Source: Salpingoeca rosetta
Taxonomy: Eukaryota > Protista > Choanoflagellata
Direction: 5' to 3'
DNA length: 64,000 nt
Assembly: GCA_033442325.1 (NCBI GenBank)
Contig: JAWQFM010000014.1
Location: 506,248 to 570,247 of the forward strand
Within the stretch, counting starts at the first letter, position 1. Each line of letters begins with the position of its first letter. Below the pieces are notes generated by a model that worked only from the letters and a program-made list of their open reading frames with translations, did no database searches and was not told the DNA's origin. Positions 15,262 through 37,600 of the stretch are shown one piece after another. The position numbers and the translations under genes are program-made.

Positions 15262-15841
15262 TTTATTAAGTGTGAGTCAAAGATGGTGCATTGTTATAGG
15301 CCTAACAGCACAGAGCTAGAGGCACGAAACAGATACAGACATAAATAAAAATTCACTCTACTAAATCGCATATCATCATACTCATATACTCATGAGTTCA
15401 CTCGCACCTATACCCGACGACTAACAGATGTGTAGACGAGAGACTGTATACGTGCTCAGCAAGTAGAAATAAAAATAAAAAAAAGACGNNNNNNNNNNNN
15501 NNNNNNNNNNNNNNNNNNNNNNNNNNNNNNNNNNNNNNNNNNNNNNNNNNNNNNNNNNNNNNNNNNNNNNNNNNNNNNNNNNNNNNNNTGCGTGAGGCCT
15601 ACAGACACGCACAGAGAGACAGATAGACAGAGAGAGAGAGACAGACAGAGAGAGAGAGACAGAGACAGACAGAGACAGAGAGACAGAGACAGAGACAGAG
15701 AGAGACAGAGAGAGAGAGACAGACAGACAGACACACACACACACACAGCCACACAGGACTGACAATCCTTGGCTCTCCCCCTCACAGATAGAGAGTGAAA
15801 CAGAGCCACGCACTCACATACCTTGCCCTGCACGTACTCTG

Positions 15842-15925
<84 letters not shown>

Positions 15926-16094
15926 CGCTCCCGTGCAGCAAACCATGCCGCCCAACAACGGCACGGCCATGCCTGTGCTGTCGACTGTCTCTGGCTGCAT
16001 GCATGCCCAAAACCGCGGGTTTGATCCGTTGTGGCTGGAGGACAACCCATTGTACGAATCCACAGACAGGCGCGCATCCGCCTCGGAGCTGTAG
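13308..16094 (+). CDS. Type I cell-surface receptor A: signal peptide, unassigned beta-rich ectodomain, Thr-rich mucin stalk, NPxY/PDZ-ligand tail (TM exon probably in the gap at 15489-15588)
   Basis: Exons 13308-13828, 14070-14244, 14462-15191, [missing], 15939-16094. Tail ...[27 protein letters not shown]. Paralogous to 16852-19957 with the same intron positions and phases. Confidence 0.82.
15489..15588. other. Assembly gap (100 N); further gaps at 23834-24555, 25422-25521 and 31440-31539
   Basis: Runs of N, each at or close to a microsatellite. Confidence 0.99.
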
Positions 16095-16851
16095 AAGGAT
16101 TGCTGGATTGTGTCGAGGAGTTTTGGGGGCCGGGGGCGGTAGCTGAGTGCGTGGGTGGGTTTGTGGATGCATGAGTGTGAGTGAGAGTGTGAGATTGCGC
16201 GCGCGTGCTCGCGTGGGTGTATGATAGTGAGAGCGCTAGAGCGAGTGACGGTTTAATGTGTGCGTGCGTGTGTTTCTTGACGTTGTATCCTTCTTTGCCT
16301 GCCTTGCATTGCCTTTTCACAACGTTTCAACATTCTGTATGATGACCTACCCCTTCTTTCCTTCAGTGAGTGTAAAAGCCATGCATGATTGAATGATGAT
16401 TTGCTTTGTATGGACGGCAGGGACTTTGCCTTCCCGCCCAAGTGATGTTTAGTTTGTTTGCCTGCGGAGCCGGCCACGATGACATCATCATCATCCGCAT
16501 GACGTCGCGCCTGGCGACATCACAATGTGGCCCCATGCCGCGCGACATTGGGACGTGGTTCCTCCAATTTTATGTTACATGATGAGTTTCGTTTGGTGCC
16601 TCGTTTTTCCCACACAGCTGCTGCCACCTCCTAGTCGGCAGAGCAGAGCGTCTCTTCCTTTCTTGTTCCTCTCGAGCAACGACGACAAGTTATTGTACAT
16701 TATCCCTCCTGAGGTCCGAGGCTGGGAGCAAGAAGCCATCACCATCTCACTGCAGTGAATGCTGCTTTGCGGAGTTGCCCTGGCTGTCCTGCTGTCAGCC
16801 CCAAGCCACCCGGCCACAGAACACACACAGCAGAACGGACACACACACACA

Positions 16852-19957
<3,106 letters not shown>

Positions 19958-20612
19958 GATCACCGGTGACAGAGGTCTAGAGAGTTACAGGGTTACGGCC
20001 GTCAGCCAAGCTTCTGCAAGTCGGAATCGATGGTCACAAACATCCCTTCCCTTGCTTGCACTCCAGCCATGAGATTTTGGAGGCAAGTTGTTCAAGTGGT
20101 CAGTTCCGAGGGCGAGGGCGGCCCACGCGGCTTGTAGCTCAACACCCTCCTGCAACGCATGCGTATTTCAGTCTTTAGCACCTGTTCTTCGCTTCTGCGT
20201 TCGGTTTTACTTTGTTTCTTAGCTCGTCACCACTGCCTGCGGCAGTGGCAGGTGCGACGTGTGATGGCGCCCTCAAGGTGGTGTCATGAGCCAGAGAACA
20301 CGCTGTCATTTCTATCATTTGTTGCTGCCCGTTGTTGTGGCCGTTGTGCGTGCTCTTTTTGCCTTGTTAGCCTTGTTAGCTTGCTCACCTGATGGCACTT
20401 TGTGTCACAGTCATGCTCATGTGTTGTGATTCCGGACCACAAAGGCAGTTGGTACTCCATTCGTGTAATTGATATATACAGTCAGGTTCACCGACACAGG
20501 CGTTGCTTTGTTACAAATGAGCTTCAACGAAGGGAGGGAAACAAAGATGAGGGCAGCCACAGGGTGTGTAATGTAACACTACGAGGCACGGTGACGTAGG
20601 TGTTGGTCGACT

Positions 20613-23373
<2,761 letters not shown>

Positions 23374-23526
23374 TCACATGACAGTCCTTCTTGACGCGGT
23401 TCATTATTGACTCAGACATAACATGGCCATGGTGTGTACGTGTTATGTAACTGCGCACCACATCTTGGGTGAGGCGAACAGCGCCTGAGGGCTTTCCTCG
23501 CCATCTGGTGCTCTGAAATGAAGCCT

Positions 23527-23736
23527 CTACTTCTGGCGCGTGTTGTTGCAGCGGCGCTCCTTATCGGAGATGGGGCCGAAAGCATTGTCGAGGTACGTGA
23601 AGAACTTTTGAAAGTAGTGGCGGCCATCAAGATGGTGTGCGTCGTGCCGCACGGGGCCTCCCATCAGCCCGCACGGTACAACATTGTGCAGCATCCACGG
23701 CATGTCGTACCTGTGTGCAAGTGTGTGTGTGTGTGT

Positions 23737-23810
<74 letters not shown>

Positions 23811-25865
23811 CGTAGTGTGTGTGTGTGTGTGTGNNNNNNNNNNNNNNNNNNNNNNNNNNNNNNNNNNNNNNNNNNNNNNNNNNNNNNNNNNNNNNNNNNN
23901 NNNNNNNNNNNNNNNNNNNNNNNNNNNNNNNNNNNNNNNNNNNNNNNNNNNNNNNNNNNNNNNNNNNNNNNNNNNNNNNNNNNNNNNNNNNNNNNNNNNN
24001 NNNNNNNNNNNNNNNNNNNNNNNNNNNNNNNNNNNNNNNNNNNNNNNNNNNNNNNNNNNNNNNNNNNNNNNNNNNNNNNNNNNNNNNNNNNNNNNNNNNN
24101 NNNNNNNNNNNNNNNNNNNNNNNNNNNNNNNNNNNNNNNNNNNNNNNNNNNNNNNNNNNNNNNNNNNNNNNNNNNNNNNNNNNNNNNNNNNNNNNNNNNN
24201 NNNNNNNNNNNNNNNNNNNNNNNNNNNNNNNNNNNNNNNNNNNNNNNNNNNNNNNNNNNNNNNNNNNNNNNNNNNNNNNNNNNNNNNNNNNNNNNNNNNN
24301 NNNNNNNNNNNNNNNNNNNNNNNNNNNNNNNNNNNNNNNNNNNNNNNNNNNNNNNNNNNNNNNNNNNNNNNNNNNNNNNNNNNNNNNNNNNNNNNNNNNN
24401 NNNNNNNNNNNNNNNNNNNNNNNNNNNNNNNNNNNNNNNNNNNNNNNNNNNNNNNNNNNNNNNNNNNNNNNNNNNNNNNNNNNNNNNNNNNNNNNNNNNN
24501 NNNNNNNNNNNNNNNNNNNNNNNNNNNNNNNNNNNNNNNNNNNNNNNNNNNNNNNTTCACCTTGACAACACAACACTGCGCGCAATTCACCCTCGTCACG
24601 GGGTGTGGATGTAGTCCCACCTGGCTTTGCGTGGTGCAGGGCGTGGAAGCGGCGATAGAGGGGCTTGTGCATGTGCATGGTGCGGTGGCAGAAGAAGAAC
24701 AACGCGTCGTACACAATGAGGAGGCCCACAACCTCGCCCACCAAGCGGGGCGCTGTTGGCGCCTGCAATGGGAGTCGTCGTCGTGGATACAGCTGGTCAA
24801 ACACCAGCAGCGGCAGCAGGTACCCAAGCAGGATGGGCCAGCCTGAAAACGAGCCCTTGCCGGTGTTCTGCCAGCAACAATGGTGAAGAGGTAACGTGTA
24901 ACGGACAGCGACCGTTAATGGGGAGGGCGTGTAACGTGACAATCGACCACAAGAGCAAGCATACGTATTAAAACCACGTACAAGAAGAACAAACGCAAAC
25001 ACAGACAGACATACACAGACACACAGACCGACACGCCGACGCACCGTCCAGTTGCTCATGTCGTTGCGGTGTTGCTGGATGCGAAATGCCTTTGCCGAAG
25101 GGGTATGCATGTCTAGAATGTAGAAGAGCGCTAGCCATGGAAAGAAAGACACCGTCGCAAGGACTGGTTCAAACGAGTCGTGCTGGAACCACCACGCCGT
25201 GCGCAGCCCTGCACAATACAGAAAAGGTTACAGCTTATTAGCAACACGTGTTCAAGTACAACCTGAAGAAGCGTGCGTGTTTGCCTGACACAGACAAAGA
25301 CATAGACGCACGCACGCGGAATGCGCACGCACACACATTGACACACACAGACACAGAGACACACGGACAGACACAGGCAGACACACGCACGCACGCACAC
25401 TCACACACACACACACACACANNNNNNNNNNNNNNNNNNNNNNNNNNNNNNNNNNNNNNNNNNNNNNNNNNNNNNNNNNNNNNNNNNNNNNNNNNNNNNN
25501 NNNNNNNNNNNNNNNNNNNNNCTCTAGCGGATATCACTCGGCACTGGCATCATCTTCACGTTTCTGCGACACACACACACACACACACACACGCACGCAC
25601 GCACGCAAAACACGCACGCAAAACACACGGACGTACATGACCAGGCGTTGGCAACAGCGAAAGTACACTGTTGCTCGAAAAGCACAAAGATCGCTCCAAT
25701 CACGAGAAGTGCCACCGCACGGCAAGTGGTGGTGCTTGGCTGTCGTCTCACCAAGGGCTCAACCACCTTCACCCCCAGCAGGCGCGCAACCCTATCAACG
25801 ACACCTTTCCCCACATCTCCCCCAGCTCCAGCTTCCTCTCGCATCTTCTCCTGGCTCATCCTCAT
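23527..25865 (-). CDS. Fatty acid hydroxylase / sterol desaturase superfamily protein (cholesterol 25-hydroxylase-like), interrupted by two gaps
   Basis: His boxes FFFCHRTMHMHKPLYRRFHALHH and YDMPW..HNVVP..GGPVRHDAHH...HYFQKFFTYLDNAFG, plus hydrophobic segments. ATG 25865 or 25859. Confidence 0.82.
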
Positions 25866-26068
25866 CGCTCCGGTGCTTGCGTATGTCTGGGATGTGATGC
25901 CACGGTGACGCCAACTGCTGCCACTGATCTCCACCAGCAGCACACCCAAACAACAACAACTGTCCTCCCATTTTTTGTGCTGTTGTGCGCTGTTGTTTGT
26001 TTTGCCTTTTGCCACCCACCCACGACAACCACAACCACGACAACCCACCCACGTACAAAACCACCACG

Positions 26069-27832
<1,764 letters not shown>

Positions 27833-28398
27833 TTCACAGACACCCATCTCGACCCAACAAAAGCCATCATCATCATTCATCATTCATTGGCAAACCCCCC
27901 TACTCTTGCGTGCGTGCGCCTGTTCTTGCTTCCCCCTCTTCCCTTTTTTTTTTTTTTTCCGATGCTTCTGACCCTCAAGACCGCAACGGGTGCACCACAT
28001 GCATGTATGTTGAACACCCTTCACGTCCCCCCCCCCTCCGTGTTTACATGTGTGAAGCTTGCCGTTCCTGTTTTTGTGTTGTGTGCTTTCTCTTTCTCTC
28101 GCTGATTACGAACACAAAGCAAAAAGTCCAACAAAGCACAGCCATCAGAGTACATGCACAACACATGGGAAACTCATCACACACCAGCCGTGTGTGGGGT
28201 GAAGAGAAGGAAACGACACAGCCTAGGGTTCACAGTAACTGCGCCAACTGGCTGTTTTGAAACTCCCAACAAACACCCAGGTTGTCAAACAACTCAACCA
28301 CAACACAACCATGTCAAACCAGTAAACACACAAACCTTTCAGCTAACACCCACACACCCACACACCCACACCCACACCCACACCCACACACACGCACG

Positions 28399-31350
28399 CT
28401 AGGCAACGACGCCTGTGAGCGAGGAGCACATGAGGGCAACGCCGCGGCGGTAAAACACCTGCGGATCATCCACCCCCTGCGGCTGAAACTGCACCACCGC
28501 AATCAGGTTGGCGCGCGTCACGTTCAGGTACAGCGGTATCTGCACCGAGGTGGGCAGGTCTGTCTCGCCCTCCTTCGTGTACACCCAGCGCACGATCGTG
28601 AGCGCGTGGTTGGTGAACGGCGTCTCCTCAAGATGCACGGTGCGGTTCTTGCACGCCGCGCCCTCGATCCGCAGGGCCGTCACAAAGAAGCTGTTTTCAA
28701 CATCGCTCGGCACGTCCTTCTCCGACGCGCGCACATCCAGCGCAAGGGTGAGTGCTTCGAGCGGCCAGCTGTTGCGCTGCGCAACGGCCTGGCGCGTTGC
28801 GGTGATAAACGCCTCTGGCACAAACAGGCCGCCAATCCACACGCGGAAGGAGTCCAGGGACGCGCCGCGCTCCATGTGTTGCGCAATCTCATGCAGCTGC
28901 TTCACGCGCAGGGAGAAGTCGGCAATCCACAGCGTCACGGGCATGCCCTCAGGCACCTTGTAGCGGAGCCACGTCTTGTACACCGTGCCTGCAGCACGCG
29001 CGGGGATTTGGGAAAGGGTGGTGGTGTGAGAAGGAGCGAAGAGGGCGGCATGAAACAATTCGAGTGGGACCACATACGCAGCAGGAAAACAGGAAGACGA
29101 ATACACACACGCACACACACACGCACACACGCACACCCACACACCGACACACACACATCGACACACACACACACACACACATCGACACACACACACACAC
29201 ACACACCTTGTACGAGGGTGTGCATGAGGTTTCTCATGTGGTTGGTCTGCTTGATTTCGCCCTCGCAGCACTGGATGACGTTCTGCAAGTCTGTGCGCAC
29301 TTGCTTGAGCAGGCTCACGCCAATGGTCGTCTCGCGCTCGTAGAAACGGAACATCGGGTCCTTGATAGACGCCTCTGTGCGCTTGAGGTTGTGCAGCGTG
29401 GTGGGCAAGATGCCCAGCCACTGGTTGGCCTGCTCCTGCAACTGCCGCATCCACGCAGCCGTTGATGCTGCGCCTTCATCGGCAAGCTCGCCAAGGTCCG
29501 CAGTCACGTCTGTCGTCGTCTGTGGGTTGGGGCGAGGGGGAGGGTCGAAGTGCCGAAGGTGGTGAGGGTTGCGCAGTTGAGAATGTGATTCACAGAAGAC
29601 ACAAACGAGATGGAAACCGAAGCTGTCGCCCACAATCACAATCACACACACGGACACGGACACAGACACAATCACACACGCACGCACGCACAAACGCACA
29701 CACACACACACACACACACGCGCGCGCACACACACACATAGACACACACATCCCCTCCCCACACACAGCCTGCAGTGCGCATACCTGGAGCTTCATGGTG
29801 TTTACTGTGAGCATCTTGGCACGGTTGGTGAGGAGAACAACCTCTGCGTTGGCGGGGAGACCGAGCCACGTCGGCAGCTGTCCATCCGGCAGCGAATCGG
29901 CCCAGTGCAGCAGCTCCGTGCGTGTGGTCCCCTTTGGCGGCTTGATGGCAGACACGTTCGAGTCCTTGCCCGCCTCCACAAAGCAGAACTTGGGAGAGAA
30001 GCTGCAGACGGTCGCGCGGGTGTGTGTGTGTGAATGTGGGTGTGAATGTGGGTGTGAATGTGAATGGGTGAAGTGTGAGTGAATGAGACTGCAGCACACG
30101 TTGCAGGCTCAAACGACGAAACCTCATCTCAACATCGACAAACATGTCGACGCAGCAACGCCATGTGTCGCCCACCTCTTCTGTGTAAAGAACTGGTCGA
30201 CAAAGGCATCGAGGAGGCGCTGGTCAATCTCGTTATCGATGCGACCGCCGTACACAGACTTGGACAGCAGCGTCCGCATCGCCTCCCACGGCAGGTCCGC
30301 CGCATCCACGCTTGCCCTGTCCAGGGTGGTGCGAGGTTGAGACGGGACAACGCGCAATTGCATGGGCAAGGATGGTGTGAGTGGTGGATGCCTGGCAACG
30401 GCCAATCAGACGACCTCAACACAAACAGGAACAAAGCAACAATACAAGCAGAAACAGCAGCAGCAACAACGGCGACGACAATAACAACTTAAACAACAAC
30501 AATCTAAACAACAACAACAACAACAACAACTTAAACAACAACAACAACAACAACTTAAACAACAACATCATCATCATCAACAACAACAACAACAACAACA
30601 ACTTAAACAACAACAACTTAAACAACAACAACTTAAACAACAACAACAACAACCTTCCAGCTCAAAAACCAACATCTCCTCCCCACGTGTCCAAAAACGT
30701 ACTGTCCGTTGGAGGTGCGATCAATCCACTTGTCGATGGTGTCAGCGGAGGTGCGCAGGTCCGGCTCGCCAAACTCGTAGCGCTTCGACCAGCCGAGCGG
30801 CGCATACCGCAGGCGCTCCTGCGTCACGGCGTGGAACCAGGCCAGCAGCAGGTACACCATGCCGCGCTGCTTGGGGGCGGCGTCGACGCGGTCGTGGAAG
30901 TTGAGTAGCGTTCGCTTGACCGACGCCTTCACGCCCGCCGCGGCCTCGTACAGGAACACGCGGGCAGCGCGGATCATGTTGATGGGCAGCTTGGGGCTGA
31001 TCTCCGAGGTGAGGAAGAGGCGGAAGTCCGGGTGCGGCGTTGTGGACGTAAGCTTCTTCTCAACCACGGTCAGCAAGTCTGGCGCGAGGTGCACGTTCTT
31101 CAGCATGACCCAGCGGCCGGAGGAGATGCCCGCCGTCACAGCAGCAATCGCCTCCCGTCGCGCCTGCACAGAAGCATGGAATGAGGAGGAAATGAGAGGA
31201 GGGGAGCGGGACGAGTGTGATGAGAAGGGGTGAAGGGGTTGAATTGGGTTTGAGGCTTGAAGTGAGACACCAAGGGTTCATGAACAACGCATGAAAGCGT
31301 CACAAACAACATCGATCAAGCAACGCACACACATGCAGCATGGATACACC

Positions 31351-31439
<89 letters not shown>

Positions 31440-31632
31440 NNNNNNNNNNNNNNNNNNNNNNNNNNNNNNNNNNNNNNNNNNNNNNNNNNNNNNNNNNNNN
31501 NNNNNNNNNNNNNNNNNNNNNNNNNNNNNNNNNNNNNNNTTTGGACATACGGCAGCAGCGCTCGTCACCATCTATAACCCCTCTCACAAGACCGCATCAG
31601 CAACGGTGTGCTTTTGTGTGACCTGCCAATGT

Positions 31633-31677
<45 letters not shown>

Positions 31678-34600
31678 GCACGCACGCACGCACGCACGTC
31701 AGCACTGCCGACGGCAATGGGCAGAATGTCCTTTCCAGCGGCAGCGGCGCAGTCGTCAACCTTGACGGAGGTGTCAAAGCCCTTGACACCACACAGGAGC
31801 ACAGGCACGCTCGCCTTGATCTCCGTGGTCACCACATGCTGCAGATCGGCCTCCGACGAGGAGCTGGCAAAGCCCTTGCCCAGAATGTGCTCCACAAACA
31901 CGTGCATGTGCGCCAGCAAGCGGTCTGGTCGTGCGGCCTGCAGGAACAGCAGCTCCCGCAGCAGCCGGTACGGCACAGACTGCGGCGCGTCGCTGTGCAG
32001 CGCAGACACAAACTTGGGCAGCTCAAGCTCCGGCCGCGCCAGCGCTATCCAGTGCGCAAACTCACCCTGGTGGCCCTTGATCTCCGCCAGGAGGTCTCCA
32101 AACGCCGGCACGTTGTCGCGCAGCTGGTGCAGCGCGTTGGCCTGCTCCTCCGTGGCCGCGCTCGGCACCAGGAAGGCAAAGTCGGACTTGCCCAGCAGCA
32201 CGCCGCCGCCAGAGAGGAAGTAGCGCAGGTCCTTCTCCGGCAGCTGGTCGTCCGTGCCCTCCACGCGGAAGCGCGCAAACGTCAGTGCAAGTGGCAGGCG
32301 GTGCTCGTGCATCATGCCTGGTGCAACGCGCTCGTACACAAACTGGAACAGGCTGTCATTGATCACGCGCAGCCGCTCGTCGTGGTCTGTCAGGCCCTCC
32401 AGCCGCGGGTTCGCCTGCAGCGTCTCCAGGAAAATGTCCAGGAAGAAGCGCAGCGAGTACTGGTAGAGAAAGTGCATGTGCGCCATCTGCTGCAACGTGA
32501 AGTAAATGGAGCTGCAGCGCTGCGCCAGCGGCTGGTACATGCGGCTCGTCTTCTCCACCGTCGCCATCACCGTGTCTGTCTCGTCCACCTTGGCCTGCAC
32601 CTCCATGGCGCGGTTCTTCAGCTTCTCCAGGTGCGTGATGACCTTGTCGTCGTCCAGGATGCTGCCCTCCGCCTTGTTCAGCGCGTCCAACAGCTGGTTC
32701 TCCAGGTTGAGCAGCTCCAGCCTAAACTCGCCCTGCTGCCGCAGCAGGTCTGTGCGCTGCTCGTCAACGTCCGGCCGCTCGTACCGCAGCGCCTGGTTCA
32801 GGCACTGCGTCTGCAGCGACCCGGGCGTGACGGTGAAGTTGATGAGCGTGACGCGGCTGCAAATGTCCATGGGGAACTGCACCGCCGGGTTCTTCGTGAT
32901 GAGCTTCATGGAGAAGGTGGGCGAGAGGTCAATGTCCTTGCCAGCCAGGTTGATCATGATGCGGCCGCCCTTGCGCTGCACGTCGTTGGTCAGGATCGGG
33001 TTCAGCAGCGCATCAAACTTCTCCGCGTCCTGGATCAGCAGGTCCGTGCCAAACCGGATGGCGCTCTCCACGTCCTTGCGCAGCTTCACGGGGTCCAGGA
33101 ACGACGTCACCACCATCTTGTTGTCCGCGTTGTACTCGCGCATGATAAACTCAGCCGCCTGCCCCGCCGGGTCAATCACCAGCGGCGTGCGGATGCTGCG
33201 GCTCAGCATCACCGCGTTCTGCGAACACAGCTCGTCCTCCGGCAGCGCGTTTGTCTTCCAGCGCAGCCGGTCGTCCGGGGAGGACAGGTACTCCGGGATG
33301 CCGTCCTCGACCCCCGGCTTGAACTCGATGCGCGCCTTGGACAGGTGCGTGATCCAACGCGCGAGGAGGGCGCTGCGGTAGCTCTGGTCAAAATAGCCCG
33401 CGTATCCAACAAACGCCGCGCTGATGAGGCAGTCGCCGATGATGGTGGACATTTGTGCGTCAAAGTCGGCGGCGCTCGTCGTCCAGCGGTCCTTCTCGCT
33501 GGCCAGGTTCTCCAGCAGCTTCTCGCTGCGCGACACCTTGTCCGACACCGTGGTGAGGTCGTTCTTGATGGCCTCCTGCTCGCTGATGAGGACGGCGTAC
33601 TCCGCCTCGTACGTCTTGATGGTCTCCTCGAGCTCCGCCACCAGCACCTGCAGCGCGTCCTGCTGCTCCCGCATGGCCATCGACTCCTCCTCCAGCTGCC
33701 GCAGCTCGTTGTTGAGCGGCTCCACCTTCAGCAGCTGCTTTGCGTACGCCATCTGCGCGTTGGCCCACTTGACCAGCGGGCCTGCGGCCTTGCTGGCGCG
33801 GTTGGCCTTCTCAAACGTAAACAGCTCGTTGGTCAGGTACGAGCTCTCCATCTTGCCCATAATCTTGCTGGTGATGGAGTTGGAGTCAAAGTTCATCACG
33901 TCCGAGGTGAAGTGGTCCTGGGCGATGATGCTGCGGATCTTCTTCCAGTCGGTCGTGTGCTTGCCCAGCAGCGTCACCACGCCCTCCAGCGCCACCTGCA
34001 CCGCCTGCGGCGGCTTGGCCAGCGTGCGAATCTCCTGCAGGTCGCGCTTCTTGATGCCCTTGACGGCCGCCTTGGCTTCCTCAACAGCGGGCGCAACCGC
34101 CGCCAGCTCGGCCTCCACCTCGGCCTTGCGCGCGTCCGCCTGCTCCTGCTTCGCCTGCAGCTCCTTGTCGATGTTCAGCGACTCCTCGCGCTTGGCGTTG
34201 GCCGCCTGCTTCTTGCTCAGCATCAGGTCCAGCTTCTCCTTGGCCGCCTTGGACTTGGCCTCCAGCTGCTGCTTCTTCTCCGCCAGCGTCACCTGCAGCT
34301 CCGCGACCGTGTCCCGCGTCTCGTCAATCTTCGTCACGCCGTTCAGCAGGTGGCTCTTCTGCGCCTCCAGGTCCTTGCGCTTCTCCGTGTGGAAGCGCGA
34401 CAGCTGCGCCACAAACTCCAGGAAGTGGCGCGGCGTGATGTCCGTGGAGCGGCCCTCCTGCTTCAGCAGCTGCCGCGCAGCCGCCTTGGCCGTCTTGTGC
34501 ACAAACACGGCCGCGTTGTGCACGGCGTCCGCGTGCGACGGCGTGGCGTCCTGCAGGGCGTCCACCACCACGGGGAAGTCCATGGGCGGCTCGTACTCCG

Positions 34601-37600
34601 GCTTGGCGAGCGGCACCTGCGCGGAGAGCTCGGCCGCCACGCGGAACAGCGCAGAGTCGGGCCAGTCGCCAAACCAGTCCAGCACGCAGCGGTTGAAGAG
34701 GGCGGGCGAGGTGGTCGCCCGGTCCTGCATGCCGCCTTCCGCCGGGCACATGGTAAACACAATGTGCAGGTTGTCCATGACGTTCTGGGAGAACCAGCGG
34801 TAGAGCTCCTCGTTGTCGTCCAAGTGCAGGTTCTGCCGGCGCGACGCCTCCTTGCACTTGGTCATGAGGGCGGAAAAGTCGTCCCCTTCAAACAGGCCCG
34901 GCACCTCGCCGTTGGCCAGCAGCGTGTTCATGCGCTCCAGGAACGCCGTGTCGGTGATGTTCGACTCGTCCAGGATGAACACAATCTTCTCGCCCTCCAC
35001 ACCGGAGCGCTTGAGCAGCTCGCGCAGGTCCGCATCAAAGTCGTCGGGCGTGTACAGGTTGTGCGACTTGATCTGCACCACGGTGAGCTGGTTCATCCAT
35101 GCCACAAAGCGGGACAGCGTTGTGCGGCCGCACCCGCTCACGCCAATGAGCAGCATGTGGCCCTGGTTCTGGCGGAACACGCGGTCGATGCGCAGCACGT
35201 GGTCCAGCACCTCGTCAAACAGCACCAGGTTCAGGTCCACCTGCTCCTCCGTAAACGACTTGAGCTTCTCCCGCACAAACTCGCGCAGGTCCTCCTGATC
35301 CACGGGGCCGTACTCGTGCGTGAGCCAGTCGCTGAACAGGATGGGCCGCTGCAGCGCCGCCCGCATGTCGATGCCGGGGAAGTGCTCCTTGGCCACGTCG
35401 TCCACCTTCTCGTCCGTCCACTGCCGCTCGTCGTCGCCGACCAGGCGGTCCTGGAACAGCCGCAGCGCCTCGTGCGCCCACACGCGCACCAGCCCGTTCA
35501 GGTCCAGCGGGGTGCCGCTGCGGGCGAGCGGGGTGATGGCCTCCGCCACGCCCTTCACCCAGCGCGTCATCTCGCGCGGGGAGTAGATGTAGTGCGGCTG
35601 CACGTCCGCCGTGAACCGCCGCTGCGACTGCGAGTAGAAGGACACCATGGCGTCCGTCAGGTTGTCCGCGTAGCGCTCGAGCGACGGGTGCATGCGCAGG
35701 ATGGCGCGGTTGAACGTGCCGTAAATCTGGCGCAGGGACTCCGCGCCGGGGTAGTCCACGTACACCACGGGCACGTGGCGCAGAAAGCGGTGGGCGAGCG
35801 GCACGCGGCCAGGGTCCGTCGGCGGGTTGCACGCGCCAACAAACTGGATGCGCTCCAGCTTGACCCAGCGCCGGTCCTCCGTGCGCCAGAACCCGCCGTG
35901 CTCCACCAGCTGGCGGATGAACGTGATCACGCGCACCGTGTTGTACTTGTCGGGTGCGGGCAGGTTGCACTCGTCCATGAAGATGACCAGCCACTTGTTG
36001 AGCTGCGCGGGCGCGAGCACCAGGCCGTTGGGCGTTGTGCGGTACTCGCAGTACTGGTCAAACGTCTTCATAATCAGCTCGGGCGTCGTGCTGCTGCTGA
36101 AGTTGAGGCCGGCCACCTCAAAGTGCGGCAGTGCGCGCAGGGCGCTGAACAGCGTCATGGTCTTGCCGGAGCCCGGCGGGCCACAAAGCACAATGGGCAG
36201 GTGCTCGCTCAGCCACGTGTACAGCAGGTCCTCGTGGCGCACCGTATCCAGGGTGGGCACGACGACGCTGGTGCCGGACACCTTCTCCGCCTCAATCTCG
36301 ATGCGCGGGACGTCGTGGGTCCACGGCTGCCACTGCGCGTCCGGCAGGGTGACCTTGAAGTCGATGATGGCGCCCTGCTCCACGGGCGGCAGCTCCACGG
36401 TGGTGCTCTCCGTCAGGAAGCGGCTCAGCTCCGTGCGCACGTCCCCGCGCGAGTCGCCGACGAGGCACCACATGAGCGAGTACATGAAGCGCTTGCTCGT
36501 GTACTCCTTCACCTGGTCCTCCGTGAGCTGGAAGTCCGGGTGTGTGGCGTTGTACTCCGTGATGGAGCGCGCCGTCTGGTTGAGCATGCTGAAGAGTGCG
36601 TTGATGCAGCGGCCGTCCGTGTAGTCCATCACGTGGAACAGCGACCTGGCGTACTGCAGGGAGCGCGTGACCAGGCCGTCCTCCTCAAAGAAGGGCTCCA
36701 GCGTGTCGGCCACCTTGCGCTGCGCAGCCAGGCCCTCGGCCTTGTCTGCCTGCGTCTGGCTCATGTCGCTGTCCACGGGCACGTTGCGCAGGAGCCGCAG
36801 GAAGCGCTTGTAGTGCACCTGCAGCGTGAGCACGTCCTCGCTGAACCAGATCATGCCGCAGCGCGAGACGGTGGCCAGCGTGGCGTTCTTCAGGTCCTGC
36901 ACCTCAAACAGGATGCGGATGTTGCTGGGCAGGTTGAGCCGCTCGCCGTTGGGCAGCGTCAGCAGCTTGTTGTCGTCCAGCACGCTGTTCAGGTTCTCCA
37001 CCCACTCCGGGTCCACGTCGCCGTCAAAGATGATCCACTGGCGCCGATTGCGCTCGCCACGCACGTCGTCAATCACCTTGCGCACGATGGAGGTGAACAG
37101 GCCGTCTGTCCACTCGCGCGTGGTCGGGTCGAGGAAGCCGTACAGCTCCTCCTTGGTGATGGCCTTGGGGTCAATCACGTACTCCTCGGCCTCCCTCTGC
37201 TCCAGGCGCCGCAGGGCCTCCAGCAGCACGCGCCAGGCAACCGACTTGCCGACGCCAGAGGGGCCGACCAGCATCAGCCCGTGGTTGAGCTGCGTCACCT
37301 GGTACACCTGCAGCACCTTGTTGAGCCACGTCTTCGAGGGCACGTAGTGCTGCTCCTCGCACACCTCCAGGATCTTGGCCTCCAGTTCGGCCAGCGGAAT
37401 TTCGGGCCGCTGCACCCCGGGGAACACGTCGGTCAGCAGGCTGTCCAGCAAGGGGATGTCCTGGGCCACCAGCTTGGGGATCATGGTCTGGGTGATGCTC
37501 TGAATTACCACCTCCTGCTCGTCAATGGCGGAGGCCACTTCCTCCTCATCCACGCTGCCGCGCTCCTCCCGCATCTTCTGGCGCAGCGCGGCCAGGCGCT

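Noticed and set aside
15260-15488. AT-rich atypical sequence in a receptor A intron
   Set aside because: Follows a (TG)n run and abuts an N gap, consistent with a low-quality read end; no flanking duplication.
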